Translations under genes and position numbers: made by a program
The notes under the pieces: generated by a model
The model's database searches: none
What the model was told of the DNA's origin: nothing
What the model saw: only the letters and a program-made list of their open reading frames with translations
In this document: piece by piece, positions 29,477 to 39,974 of the stretch
Layout: each line of letters opens with the position of its first letter
Numbering within the stretch: the stretch's first letter is position 1
NCBI GenBank assembly: GCA_965223905.1
Contig: CBDCXV010000002.1
Span: forward strand, 192,001 to 256,000
Length of the DNA: 64,000 bases
Origin: Candidatus Latescibacterota bacterium
Lineage (GTDB): Bacteria > Latescibacterota > UBA2968 > UBA8231
Direction: 5' to 3'

Positions 29477-30451
29477 ATGAAGGTCTGTCTGGTGGGAGAA
29501 GGCGCTCAGGGCATCACCCACATGAGGGCGCTGCGCGGGATGGAGGGCGTCGAGGTGGTCAGCCTGGCCGGCGGCATCGAGGCGGACGCAGAGGCCTTTG
29601 GCCGCGAGCACGGCATCGGCCACGTCTCCACCGATCTCGAGGAGTGTCTCGACCGGCCCGGGGTCGAGGCCGCGGTGATCACCAGCCCGAATCAGCTGCA
29701 CTGCGGGCAGGCGGTTACCGCCCTGGAACGGGGCAGGCACGTCCTCCTCGAGCTGCCGATGGGGCTGTCGCTGGCCGAATCCCGGCGCGTGGTGGAGGCC
29801 GAGGAGAGGTCGGGGAAGGTGGCGATGATGTGCCACACCCAGCGCTTCAGCCCGGCCTTCCGCAGGTTGCACCAGATGATCGCGGACGGCGGCCTCTACG
29901 TGCACCACATCGTGCAGCAGACCTACTTCTTCCGCCGCGTCAACGAGAACCGCTTCGGCAGGCCGCGCATCTGGACCGATGACCTGCTGTGGCACCAGGC
30001 CTGCCACATGATCGACATGGTCTACTGGCTTCTCGGCGACCCCGGCATGGAGGCGTGGGGGCGCTGCGGGCCGGTGCACGAGCGCCTGGGGGTGCCGATG
30101 GATATCTGCATCTCGCTGCGCTCGGCCGACGGCTGCCTGGTGAGCGCGGCCCAGTCGTTCAACAACCACGGCCCGATCCGGGGGGAATGGCGGTTCATCG
30201 GCGAGGAGGAGACGTACGTGACCGACGGGTCCGGGCTGCGCGATCACCAGGGGAATGAACTGCCCCTGCCGGAGGGCCCCTCCGGGGTCGAGGCCCAGGA
30301 CGGCGAGTTCTTCGCGGCCATCCGCGAGGGGCGCAAAGCGCTGACCAGCTGCTCGGAGGTGCTGCCGGTGATGGGGATCATCGACCGCGTGCAGAGGGCG
30401 ATGGACGGGCGGGAGGGGGCCCCGAGCGCCGGCATGGTGCAGTCCTCCTGA
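29477..30451 (+). CDS. Gfo/Idh/MocA oxidoreductase (LigC-like)
   Basis: CHTQRF, TYFFRR.N.N..GRPR.WTDDLLWHQACH, SFNNHGP. Confidence 0.8.
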   Translation: MKVCLVGEGAQGITHMRALRGMEGVEVVSLAGGIEADAEAFGREHGIGHVSTDLEECLDRPGVEAAVITSPNQLHCGQAVTALERGRHVLLELPMGLSLAESRRVVEAEERSGKVAMMCHTQRFSPAFRRLHQMIADGGLYVHHIVQQTYFFRRVNENRFGRPRIWTDDLLWHQACHMIDMVYWLLGDPGMEAWGRCGPVHERLGVPMDICISLRSADGCLVSAAQSFNNHGPIRGEWRFIGEEETYVTDGSGLRDHQGNELPLPEGPSGVEAQDGEFFAAIREGRKALTSCSEVLPVMGIIDRVQRAMDGREGAPSAGMVQSS

Positions 30452-30455
30452 CCCG

Positions 30456-32402
30456 ATGGACGGACCGGCAGCGGTTTCATCCTCTAATTCCACTGCCGTC
30501 AGGCTCAGGGGCCTGCTCCGCGGCTGGCAGCAGCGCTTCGGCCTCGACCTGCGGGCCCTGGCGCTCTTCCGCATCCTGCTCGGTCTGCTTCTGCTCGCCG
30601 ACCTGGCAGCGCGGCTGACCGATCTGCGCGTCTTCTACTCCGACGCCGGGGTGCTGCCGCGAGTCGACCTCCTCGGCAGGGTCGCCACCGGCGCGACGCC
30701 CTGGAAAGTGTCCCTGCACATGGTGAGCGGGCTCTGGGGGGTGCAGCTCCTCCTCTTCGCGAGCGCGGCGTTCTGCGCCTTCTGCCTGCTGATCGGCCAC
30801 CGGACCCGGCTCTTCACCTTCCTCAGCTGGGTGCTGCTGGTGTCGCTGCACAACCGCAATCTCACCATCCTCAACGCCGGCGACCTGCTGTTCCGGGTGC
30901 TCCTCTTCTGGTCGCTGTTCCTCCCCCTCGGGGCGCGCTGTTCCGTCGACGCGGCGATGAGGGATCCGTCAGGCGCCGGCCCGGCGCAGCGCAACGACCG
31001 CACCTGGTCGGTGCCTGCCTTCTGCTTCATGGCGCAGGTCACCATCCTCTACTGGGCGACGGCGCTTCTGAAGAACCACCCGGTCTGGACCGGGGACCGG
31101 ACCGCGGTCTGGTACGCCCTCAAGCTCGACTACATGGCGCTGCCCCTCGCGGTCCTGATGCGCGAGCTGCCTGCCGCATGGCTCGAGCTCACCACCCGGA
31201 CGACGCTCCTCGTCGAGCTCCTGGTGCCGGTGCTGATCTGGATTCCGTTCCTCGTCGGCCCGCTGCGGCTGGCCGCCTGCGTCGTCATGATCGGCATGCA
31301 CCTGGGGTTTGCCGCGACCCTGCAGATCGGGCTCTTCTCGTACATATGCAGCGCCATGTGGCTGGCTCTCCTGCCGCCATGGGTATGGGACCGGCTCTTC
31401 GCGCGCTTCCGGCGCGACTCCAGGCGGCTCGGGCTCACGATCCACTACGACGCGGACTGCGGCTTCTGCCGCCGCATGGTTCTCCTGCTGAGAAGCTTCT
31501 TCCTGCTTCCCGAGACGCGTATCGCCGAGGCCCAGGAAGACGCGGAGATCGAGCGCGACATGCGGGAACTGAACTCGTGGGTGGTCACCGACTGCGAGGG
31601 GAAGCGCCGCTACAAGTTCGAGGCTCTCAGCTACGTGCTCTCATGCTCGCCGTGGGCGTGGCCTGCCGGGAAGATCCTGGGGATGGCGCTGTTCCGGAAA
31701 ACGGGCACCTGGCTGTACGAACAGACCGCGAACCGCCGCGAGCTCATGGGACGCCTGACCGGCTGGATCCGTGCGCGACCGGATAGACCGGTGCGCAGGC
31801 CCCTCGTCTGGTTGCGGAACGGCTTTCTGCTGGCCACCCTGGCGTACGTCGTCCTCTGGAACGCCCGCATCTTCCACAACAAGGAGGTCTTCGCGGCCGA
31901 CTCGGTCGTCGGCCGGTTCTCGGCGGCGTCCGCAAGCTGGATCTACAGCCGCGACGACGAGGAGGGGAATCGAGTCGACCGCCGCTGGTACGGCCGTCTC
32001 CTGCGCGTCGGCCAGTCCTGGCAGATGTTCGCGCCGTATCCGCCTCGCATCATCGGCTGGTACGTAGTCGTCGGCACCCTGGAGGACGGATCGCAGGTCG
32101 ATCTCTACCGCCACGTCGTCTTCGGAGAGGAGTCACCCGAGGTGTCCTGGGATCGCCCGAACCGCCTTGTCGAGACCTTCCGCGGTCCGCGCTGGCGCAA
32201 GTACATGATGTCGCTGCGCAAGAAGGAGAAGAAGGACTACCGCCCCTTGCTGTGTAAGTACCTGGCGCGCGAATGGAAACGGGAGTTCGGCGACGCGGCG
32301 CCGCTGACGCTGGTCGAGCTCTTCTTCAACGAGGAGCGGGTCAGGGCGTACGAGCCCAACACCGAACCGAAGAAGCGCCGCCTCTGGTATTACACTCCGT
32401 AG
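30456..32402 (+). CDS. HTTM-domain membrane protein with inserted DCC1/DUF393 thiol-disulfide domain
   Basis: DLRALALFRI, FYSDAGVLP, HNRN, YDADCGFC, QSWQMFAP. Confidence 0.85.
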   Translation: MDGPAAVSSSNSTAVRLRGLLRGWQQRFGLDLRALALFRILLGLLLLADLAARLTDLRVFYSDAGVLPRVDLLGRVATGATPWKVSLHMVSGLWGVQLLLFASAAFCAFCLLIGHRTRLFTFLSWVLLVSLHNRNLTILNAGDLLFRVLLFWSLFLPLGARCSVDAAMRDPSGAGPAQRNDRTWSVPAFCFMAQVTILYWATALLKNHPVWTGDRTAVWYALKLDYMALPLAVLMRELPAAWLELTTRTTLLVELLVPVLIWIPFLVGPLRLAACVVMIGMHLGFAATLQIGLFSYICSAMWLALLPPWVWDRLFARFRRDSRRLGLTIHYDADCGFCRRMVLLLRSFFLLPETRIAEAQEDAEIERDMRELNSWVVTDCEGKRRYKFEALSYVLSCSPWAWPAGKILGMALFRKTGTWLYEQTANRRELMGRLTGWIRARPDRPVRRPLVWLRNGFLLATLAYVVLWNARIFHNKEVFAADSVVGRFSAASASWIYSRDDEEGNRVDRRWYGRLLRVGQSWQMFAPYPPRIIGWYVVVGTLEDGSQVDLYRHVVFGEESPEVSWDRPNRLVETFRGPRWRKYMMSLRKKEKKDYRPLLCKYLAREWKREFGDAAPLTLVELFFNEERVRAYEPNTEPKKRRLWYYTP

Positions 32403-32423
32403 CCTTCGAATCCAGGGGGGACT

Positions 32424-32696
32424 TCAGCTACGACCCTTACGGTGCTTCAGCATCAGGGCCATTGCTACAAGCAGCGCAACAAGGATGGCCAGACCGCCAA
32501 GGACGGCACCTTTGAGCAAACGTCTGTCTGCCTCCAGGGAGGGCACTTCCGTCAGGATGAACAAGACCGCGGTAGCCGCCAGGAAGATCCATGCTGCCAG
32601 CCGCAGCCGATGAACCGGTTTGGGAAGGTTGCTCCTGAAGAGCGAGGGAATGCCGTCGGAAGCTATTTCCATGACACCGTCCAATATTGGATTCAT
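32424..32696 (-). CDS. Small two-TM membrane protein
   Basis: Two hydrophobic stretches; fills the intergenic gap. Confidence 0.4.
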   Translation of the reverse strand: MNPILDGVMEIASDGIPSLFRSNLPKPVHRLRLAAWIFLAATAVLFILTEVPSLEADRRLLKGAVLGGLAILVALLVAMALMLKHRKGRS

Positions 32697-32757
32697 TCCA
32701 TTCCTGTACGAGGGCGCGTGCCGTCCCGGGAGCGGGTCGAGTCCCTGAACGGACGGC

Positions 32758-33936
32758 TCACCCGGTTCCGGCCGCGGTCCGGCCTTCCCAGCTGGCGGTG
32801 AATCCGTCGACGTCGATGCCGGGCATCTCCTGGAACCTGTACCTCGACGGCTGCTTGCCCTGGAAGCCGGGAACGAGGTGCGGCTCCTCGACCTGAAGGA
32901 GGCGGTCGAAGCTCTCGAAACGCCGCCACAGCAGCCCGGCTTCGGCGGCAGTGAACCGGCTGCCCACCGGGCCTCTTCCCCGCAGGGCCGCCCTGGCAAT
33001 CTTGGACAGTTGAATCAGGCAGGAAACGCGGCCCACCTCCCCTGAGTGGAGCTCGTGGAGTGCCTCGCAAAAGGCCGCGGCATCCCGGCCGCTCATGGCG
33101 CGGAAGGCTCGCTCCATGGCGTCGCATTCCCTGTCGCGCAGATCGAGCAACCTCCGGAACCTCGAGGCGTGGCGCGGGGGCAGGACATCGACCAGCCGCG
33201 GGGTCCAGTGGAATATATAAGCGTGGGTCAGGCTGCCGTTGTTGAACGCGCGGTAGCCGAAGTGGAGGGTGCGCCGGTGCTTCGCGCTGTAGTTGCTGCC
33301 CCAGTGGAGGATCGGCGTCAGGTAGACGATGCCGTCTCCGGCAGCCAGCTCGATCTGCACGCCGCCGTCGATTTCCCGGTGCTCGCTGACGGCGAGCTGC
33401 CGGTTTTCCGCCTCGGTGTTGAAGCGGCGATGGCTCCCCGGAACGAGCCAGAGGACGTCGTCGTCGTAGAGCGGGATGTTCCACTGCGTGTAGTTCGGAG
33501 GGTTGGCCAGGAAGTCGGTGTAGAACGCCTCAACCGGGCCATGGGACTCCGGGCGGATGTCGCGGTGCCAGTCCGCCGGCCCGCGATCCCTTCGCGGGTT
33601 GCACAACATCCCGAACTGGGTCGGGGCGACATCTTCGGTGCCCATGACCTGCCGGCAGATTCCGTGCGTGTTCTCGTGGAAGACGAAATCGACAATTTCG
33701 CAGGCTTCGCGATCGACGACGCGGTCGAACAGCACCCGCGGCTGAATGCCGGTCTCCCACTCGCCACCCGGCGGCTCCCCCGTCTCGCGGTGGTCCGCCC
33801 ACCATGTCCTGTGGCGCGCGAGCATCTCTTCGCAATGCGCCCGCAGCGAGTCGAGCTGCTGCGGAGGAACGCAGTTGCGAAGGATGCAGTACCCTTTCTC
33901 CAGCAGCTCGCGTCGACCCGGAGCGCCTGAAATCAC
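32758..33936 (-). CDS. PhyH family dioxygenase
   Basis: WHRD, WNIPLYDD..LWLVPGSHRR, LHWGSNY; start uncertain. Confidence 0.8.
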   Translation of the reverse strand: MISGAPGRRELLEKGYCILRNCVPPQQLDSLRAHCEEMLARHRTWWADHRETGEPPGGEWETGIQPRVLFDRVVDREACEIVDFVFHENTHGICRQVMGTEDVAPTQFGMLCNPRRDRGPADWHRDIRPESHGPVEAFYTDFLANPPNYTQWNIPLYDDDVLWLVPGSHRRFNTEAENRQLAVSEHREIDGGVQIELAAGDGIVYLTPILHWGSNYSAKHRRTLHFGYRAFNNGSLTHAYIFHWTPRLVDVLPPRHASRFRRLLDLRDRECDAMERAFRAMSGRDAAAFCEALHELHSGEVGRVSCLIQLSKIARAALRGRGPVGSRFTAAEAGLLWRRFESFDRLLQVEEPHLVPGFQGKQPSRYRFQEMPGIDVDGFTASWEGRTAAGTG

Positions 33937-34130
33937 TCGTCCGGGATCTCGACGGAGGCCCGGCGGTCGCCTTCGCGGCGACTGGGCACCGGGAGCCGAT
34001 CAACACCCCCTTCGAGATCGTCCGGCCTCAAGGGAGGGTGGTGCTCGGCCAGCACGCCCGGCAGCAGGGAAGTCGATGGCTCAGCAACCGGGACCCGTCC
34101 CTGGTGGGTGTACTGCTCGAGTGGGGGGAT
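33910..34130 (+). pseudogene. Possible Zn-dependent (MDR) dehydrogenase C-terminal remnant
   Basis: GGPAVAFAATG....TPFEIVRPQGRVVLG...GVLLEW. Confidence 0.35.
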
Positions 34131-34166
34131 GTGGGGCGATTTGAAACGGGCTCCCTCCCCGGGATA

Positions 34167-34448
34167 CTACCCTTCCCGTGAAGGTTGCTTCAACCCCAAC
34201 TCACCGATCGGGATCGCCTCGTCGATGAGCATGATCGGGATGCCGTCCTCGACCGGGTAGAGAAAGGCGCCGTCCTCCCGGACCAGCCCGCCGTCCAGCT
34301 TCTTCTCCAGCTTTTCGCCTCTCCGGTTGGAGACCTGTCCCTGTTCTATCAGGGCGTTCAGCCCGTCGATCAGTCCGGCGTCGGCCAGATGCACCGGTTC
34401 CTTGGTCTCCGGGCAGGCCAGGATGTCGAGCAACTCCTTGTCTATCAT
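34167..34448 (-). CDS. Trm112-like (YcaR/UPF0434) protein
   Basis: MIDKELLDILACP...YPVEDGIPIMLIDEA. Confidence 0.9.
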   Translation of the reverse strand: MIDKELLDILACPETKEPVHLADAGLIDGLNALIEQGQVSNRRGEKLEKKLDGGLVREDGAFLYPVEDGIPIMLIDEAIPIGELGLKQPSREG

Positions 34449-34815
34449 GACGTTGCAAATTCTCCGCAAGAAACTGGGTCAGGGGCTTGGGGATGGGTGT
34501 GAAGATAGAAGGGCCCATCCCGGGGAACAAGCAACGGAAAATCCTTCCCCGAGGGGGGGTTGGAATTTCCCCCTTGAGGGGATAGCGCTGCAAACAAAGG
34601 CTCCCCTGCAAAGGCAACCCGGCCACTGGAGGATATTGCTTATATATAAGTAAAAACAACTAGTTAAAGTAAAAAACCAGATCGGGATCCCCCGTTTTTG
34701 GATCGAATCGACGTCTTCGGTCCGAACCTTGCTGGCCTCCTTGCCGCGGAGGTCGCGGTCAGGCCGCGGCTTCCGCCGAAACACAGCCAATCCACTCGTT
34801 GGAAAGGGGCCCGCG

Positions 34816-35121
34816 GTGGAACCGGTCGACCAGGATGCAGCGGAGGTTCGCAAGGAGCGCCTGGCGCTCATCGTCGATCGCTGTCTGGAAAGCGAGGCGG
34901 CCTACAAGCTTTTCGACATGCTCGGATCGATTTGCCGGCTGGACGCCGGCGCGAGGCGCGAGTACATGAAACTGGTACGGGAGTCGGGGCTGTACTCCGA
35001 GGAAGAGATTTTGGCTGTCGAACGCCTTATCGCCACCGGGGCGGCGCAGTGTTTCAAGGAGGTGATCGACCAGGTCCGCGAGGAGCGGATTGAGCGCGAG
35101 ATCACGGACTTGGTTTCCTGA
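34816..35121 (+). CDS. Hypothetical acidic helical protein
   Basis: Protein-like composition; GTG start after AAAGGGG. Confidence 0.6.
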   Translation: MEPVDQDAAEVRKERLALIVDRCLESEAAYKLFDMLGSICRLDAGARREYMKLVRESGLYSEEEILAVERLIATGAAQCFKEVIDQVREERIEREITDLVS

Positions 35122-35262
35122 GGATGGGAAGAAGGTGCCCCGCGGTCACGCCGCGGCCTCGAGGTTCCCGATTTCATGGAATATTCGGGTGCCGGCGACG
35201 AGACCGAGCCTGCGCGGGGTACCCGAATACGCGGGAGCGTCCCATCGCGGCGTGCGAGACGC

Positions 35263-35300
35263 AAAAAAAAGCGGCCCGAGAACCGGTATCCTCGGGCCGC
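35263..35300 (-). terminator. Rho-independent terminator downstream of rpmB
   Basis: GCGGCCCGAG-10 nt-CTCGGGCCGC followed by T8 on the minus strand. Confidence 0.85.
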
Positions 35301-35339
35301 AGACAATTTCAGAGACGAGCCGGAACCGACCCGCCGCAG

Positions 35340-35567
35340 TCACACTTTGATTCCATTCTCCTCGAGATACCGCAGAGCTCCCTTCTTGTTCATCGTCCGC
35401 AGCGCCCGGGCCGAGAGCTTGAGGGTGACGGTGCGGTTCAGCTCAGGTATGTAGATCCGCTTCTTTAAGAGATTCGGTTGCTGAACGCGCTTTGTCTTGC
35501 GCTGGGAGTGGCTGACGTGGTTGCCAACCATTCTCTTCTTGCCGGTTACCTGGCACACACGAGCCAT
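35340..35567 (-). CDS. rpmB: 50S ribosomal protein L28
   Basis: MARVCQVTGKKRMVGNHVSHSQRKTKR...PNL. Confidence 0.97.
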   Translation of the reverse strand: MARVCQVTGKKRMVGNHVSHSQRKTKRVQQPNLLKKRIYIPELNRTVTLKLSARALRTMNKKGALRYLEENGIKV

Positions 35568-35874
35568 GATCGACCTCCTGAATGGGGCAGAAACATAGAG
35601 CAGACAAGAAGATACGTCAAGGAGGCGACTTGACAGGCCGTGTCTTCTGGACATACGTATTCAAGGCGCAAACAGCCGTGCACGGGCAGGCTGGAAGCCC
35701 CGCGGCGAGCCGCTTCGAGGCGGAAACCTTTCGGGCTGTCGACGCGATCGGACCCCGGCGGAATCTGCCTTTTCCGGAGGCGAGCCGGCAACTGAGGATC
35801 CCGCGCAAGGCTCGAGCGTCCTGTCGAGGATGCATACCGGCAACTCTCCCCCAGACATCTGAATTCCAACGCAA

Positions 35875-38800
35875 GTGATCTTCAACCGTACCCCGTGGGT
35901 CGGGATTGCGCTCCCCCTCTCCGTCGCGGGGCTGGCTGTGGCCGCGGGAGCGCAGACCCCTTGGGCCGTTGCGGACCCGCCCGGTCTCGGTGCGCCCCGC
36001 ATTCACGCGGAGTTTGCCGCTCAGCTGGCACAGGCCCGCGCCGACCTGGCGAATTCCTGGACGGCGACTGCGGAAATGGTTGGGCAGACTTCCAACAGCG
36101 TGCGCCTTGTGTACGAGGCCGGACCGGCGACACCGTCCGGTCGCGCTTCCGTTGAGTCGATCGCCTTGGATCATCTCCGCGACCTCAACCGCAGTTGCAC
36201 CGTCGGGATTCCCCCGGACAGTGAAGTCGAGATGGAAGTCGTCGAGGCCCGAGTGGCCGCCCGAGTGAACGCCCCGGAAGCCGCCGAGTTGTTCGCGGGC
36301 ATGGCGCATGGCCCGGTGGAGCTCGGGGAACGCGGCCTCCTGCGCAGGCAGGAAGTGGTGGCTCTCGGGTTCGGGCCGCGGCTGGACGGGGAGGAGCTCA
36401 TTGTGTTCGACCGCATCGAGGTCGAGCTGCGTTTTTCATCGCCCTCGACATCGAAACGGCGTTCCCGGGCTGACAGGTGGGGGGAGGTGCTGTATCGCAA
36501 CACCCTGGTCAACTACGAGCAGGCGAAATCCTGGCGTCTTCCTGCCATCGGTCCCGCGGCCGGAAAGATGGCCGATGGCTCGGCGCTGAATGGCGAGATG
36601 CTGAGGGTCACGGTTCGAAAGAACGGCATGTACAAGGTCACAGGGGCCGACCTTGTCGACGCAGGCATCGCCCTCCAGACAATCGCCCCGGAGCATCTCC
36701 GCATGCTCTACGGAGGAGGCAGGGTTCTCGGTCTCCAGCGCGCGGTCATTCCAGGTTTCTACCGCCGCGAAATACCGTTCGTGGTCGAAGACGGGGGCGA
36801 CGGCCGCTTCGACGCCGGCGACTTTCTCCTCTTCTACGGCGAGGCGACTCAACGCTGGGACTACCACCGCGGCGATGGCCGCTATTTCTGGCGGGCGAAC
36901 CCCTTCACCGAGGAGAACGTCTACTTCCTCGATACCGGCGCCGAAGTGCAGGGACGCAGGATGCGTCAACGCAGCGGGTCCCGCGATCACGGTTCGCCGC
37001 GACTTGTCGACAGCTACCGCCAGCGGCTCCATCTCGAGGACGATCGCCTGATCCGGAACCAGTCATACGGCATCAAGTCGGGTTACGACTGGTACTGGGA
37101 GGACTTCGGGGGGAACGCGCGCAACTTTTCCGCCATCGTGCGCGACGCGGTTTCCGGAATTCCCGTCGACATCCGGGTCCGCTTCTGGGGCTCGAGGAGA
37201 GAGATCCACAGGTTCGATCTGTACTGGAACGAGGAGCTGGTGGGGGAGGTCTCGATGGATAGCATGTTCGTTGCCACCCTCAAGGCGCAGGCTCCGCAGG
37301 GCGCGAAGGAGGGCCTGAATCAGCTCGGGGTTTTCCACCGCGACGACAAGGCGACGCGGCTCGACTGGATCGAGCTCGAATTCGATCGCCGGCTGTCGGC
37401 CGAGGGTGGGGAGCTGGCCTTCGCCTGGCCTCCGTCGGCCATTTCCGGGGAGGGAGACGGGGTAACGGCGGAGTTCGTGCTGACCGGGTTCGCCGAAGAG
37501 GGGAAACCGCGGATCTTCGAGATCTCGGCTATCGACGAGGCAAGTGAAATCGTCGGATTCGACTACGACGAGACCACCGGAACCGCGGTCTTTCAGGACC
37601 GGTTCGACGGCCGCGGGGTTCCTCCGCGATACATCGCCAGCGTGCCGTCCCGCTGGAAGCGGCCGGCGAAAATGGAGCTCGGTACCCCGAGCCGGCTGCG
37701 CACCCCGGACAACGGGGCGGAGTACGTCGTGCTCACCCATGCCGATTTCCGCGCAGCTGCCGACCGTCTGGCGGCGTGGCGCGCCGCCGGCGACCGTTTC
37801 GGACCGATGCGGACGATTTCCGTCGACGTCCAGGATGTGTACGACGAGTTCTCCGGGGGCCTCGTCGACCCGATGGCGATCCGGTCGTTCGTCAACTACG
37901 CGGTCGACAACTGGGATCCGGCGCCCTTCTTCATCTGCCTGATGGGTGACGGAACGTACGATTACAAGAACAACACCGGCACCAGCCACCCGAACTGGAT
38001 GCCTGCGTACCAGGAAGGCATCAGCATGTTCGACGAATGGTACGTGCGCGTAGAGGGAGAGGACCGGATTCCCGACCTGGCGATCGGCAGATTGGCGGTG
38101 CAGTCGGCTGCCGAGGCGGAGGGGGTGGTCGACAAGCTGATCTCGTACGACGCAGATCCGGAGGTCGGTCCCTGGCAGAGCCGGGTGCTGCTGGTGGCGG
38201 ACGATCTGCGCCATCCGTCGAAACTGGAATTGAGGGAATCCTATTTCATTCGCGACGCCGAGTCGCTTGCGAGTTACTACCTCCCCACCGACCTCGATCT
38301 CGTCAAGCTCTACATCGCCCAGTTTCCGCTCGAGGGGAGTACCAAGCCGCAGGCCAGGGATGCCTTCGTTCGCCGATTCAACGAGGGGGCGCTGGTCCTC
38401 ACCTACATCGGGCACGGGAGCTTCAACGTGCTCGCCCACGAGAGTATGTTCCTTCTCTCCAGGGACGCCGACAAGATCGACAACGGCAGGAGGCTGCCGT
38501 TCATGTACACGGCTGCGAGCCAGGTGGGGGTGTTCGACAAGCCGGACCAGCAGTCGATCCCGGAGGTCCTGATGAACCGTCCCGACGGCGGGGTGATCGG
38601 GTTCATCTCGGCGGCCCGGGTAGGCTTCCACGTCAGCAACATGTACCTCGCCCAGGAATTTCACAGGCTGATGTACCGGTCGGAAGAGGATCACATTCCA
38701 CTGGGACTGGCGCTGACGATTGCCAAGCAGAACGTCACCGGTCACAAGGATGACCGCACCAACATGCAGCGCTATTGCCTTATCGGCGACCCGGCCATGC

Positions 38801-39813
38801 GCCTCGCCAGACCGCGGTACGCCGTCGCCTTGGAGGTTCCGGACTCGATGCGGGCGCTCGAGGAGATCCGCGTGGCCGGCCGCATCCTGGACTCCGAGCG
38901 GAGGCCGGTGGAGGACTTTACCGGTACCGCCCTCGTGCAGGCGTTCGACTCCAGTACGGAGAGCAAGTTGGATCATATCACCTACACCCGCCTCGGGGCT
39001 CCGATTTTCCGCGGCCGGGTGGAGGTCGCCGCCGGCCGCTTCGAAACCGCCTTTCGCGTTCCCAAGGACATCAGCTACAAGGAAGACAAGGGCAGGGTCA
39101 GTGCCTATGTTTGGAGTGACGACGCCCCGGCCGCTTTCGGGGCCGTCGGCAGCCGGGTGCTCGCCGGCACGGCTTCCGGCGTCGCAGCGGACGAGACCGG
39201 CCCGGAGATCAGGGTCCGATTCAAGGGGCAGGATGGTTTCAGCAGCGGTGACTTCGTCCCCAGCGAAGCGGTCCTCGAAGCTGTGATCAACGATCAGAAC
39301 GGCATCAACATTACCGGGGAAACCGGGCACGAAATGGAGCTTCGGGTGGACGACCGCCTATTCATCGTCACCGAGTTCTTCCACAATACAGGCGACTACC
39401 GCAGGGGCCTTCTCGAGTTTCCCCTGCCCGCCATGGAACCAGGTACCCACACCTTGCGTCTCAAGGCCTGGGACACGTTCAACAATTCGTCGCAGGTCGA
39501 GGCGGAAGCGCGCGTCTCCGAGGGAGACGACTCGGGGCTCTCCCAGCTGCTGTTCCACCCCAACCCGATGCGGGACGGGGGAGACTTCACATACACTCTC
39601 GAGATCGCTACGGAGTACGTTCATATCAGGGTGTTCTCTCTCGCCGGAAGGCTCGTCGACGAGCTATCCGGTACGGGAAATGCCGACTTCAACCAGGTCG
39701 CCTGGACCCCGCCGAGCGAGCTCGCCAACGGCACCTACCTGTACCAGGTCGAGGTCGAGCTCGCCGATGGACGGCGCGTCGAAAGGAAGGCGGCCATCCA
39801 GGTGATGAAATGA
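35875..39813 (+). CDS. porU: Type IX secretion sortase PorU (peptidase C25) with C-terminal CTD
   Basis: GMYKVT, VYDEFSGG..DP.AIR, GDGTYDYKN, LAIGRL, YIGHG, LIGDPA, LKAWD.FNN, HPNP...LANGTYLY; adjacent to porV. Confidence 0.88.
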   Translation: MIFNRTPWVGIALPLSVAGLAVAAGAQTPWAVADPPGLGAPRIHAEFAAQLAQARADLANSWTATAEMVGQTSNSVRLVYEAGPATPSGRASVESIALDHLRDLNRSCTVGIPPDSEVEMEVVEARVAARVNAPEAAELFAGMAHGPVELGERGLLRRQEVVALGFGPRLDGEELIVFDRIEVELRFSSPSTSKRRSRADRWGEVLYRNTLVNYEQAKSWRLPAIGPAAGKMADGSALNGEMLRVTVRKNGMYKVTGADLVDAGIALQTIAPEHLRMLYGGGRVLGLQRAVIPGFYRREIPFVVEDGGDGRFDAGDFLLFYGEATQRWDYHRGDGRYFWRANPFTEENVYFLDTGAEVQGRRMRQRSGSRDHGSPRLVDSYRQRLHLEDDRLIRNQSYGIKSGYDWYWEDFGGNARNFSAIVRDAVSGIPVDIRVRFWGSRREIHRFDLYWNEELVGEVSMDSMFVATLKAQAPQGAKEGLNQLGVFHRDDKATRLDWIELEFDRRLSAEGGELAFAWPPSAISGEGDGVTAEFVLTGFAEEGKPRIFEISAIDEASEIVGFDYDETTGTAVFQDRFDGRGVPPRYIASVPSRWKRPAKMELGTPSRLRTPDNGAEYVVLTHADFRAAADRLAAWRAAGDRFGPMRTISVDVQDVYDEFSGGLVDPMAIRSFVNYAVDNWDPAPFFICLMGDGTYDYKNNTGTSHPNWMPAYQEGISMFDEWYVRVEGEDRIPDLAIGRLAVQSAAEAEGVVDKLISYDADPEVGPWQSRVLLVADDLRHPSKLELRESYFIRDAESLASYYLPTDLDLVKLYIAQFPLEGSTKPQARDAFVRRFNEGALVLTYIGHGSFNVLAHESMFLLSRDADKIDNGRRLPFMYTAASQVGVFDKPDQQSIPEVLMNRPDGGVIGFISAARVGFHVSNMYLAQEFHRLMYRSEEDHIPLGLALTIAKQNVTGHKDDRTNMQRYCLIGDPAMRLARPRYAVALEVPDSMRALEEIRVAGRILDSERRPVEDFTGTALVQAFDSSTESKLDHITYTRLGAPIFRGRVEVAAGRFETAFRVPKDISYKEDKGRVSAYVWSDDAPAAFGAVGSRVLAGTASGVAADETGPEIRVRFKGQDGFSSGDFVPSEAVLEAVINDQNGINITGETGHEMELRVDDRLFIVTEFFHNTGDYRRGLLEFPLPAMEPGTHTLRLKAWDTFNNSSQVEAEARVSEGDDSGLSQLLFHPNPMRDGGDFTYTLEIATEYVHIRVFSLAGRLVDELSGTGNADFNQVAWTPPSELANGTYLYQVEVELADGRRVERKAAIQVMK

Positions 39814-39974
39814 CCGCTTCGCCGGGGCGGAAGCCCGGAGCGCACGGCAGCAGGAGTGAAAGGAACGCGGAGTCCGCCCTGCTGCGGGCTGCAGGCAACG
39901 AATGCGTCGCCGTCGCCGGGCCGAAACGAAGCGGCAGCAGATTCTCGAAGTGAAACCTCAGGAGGTAACGACAA

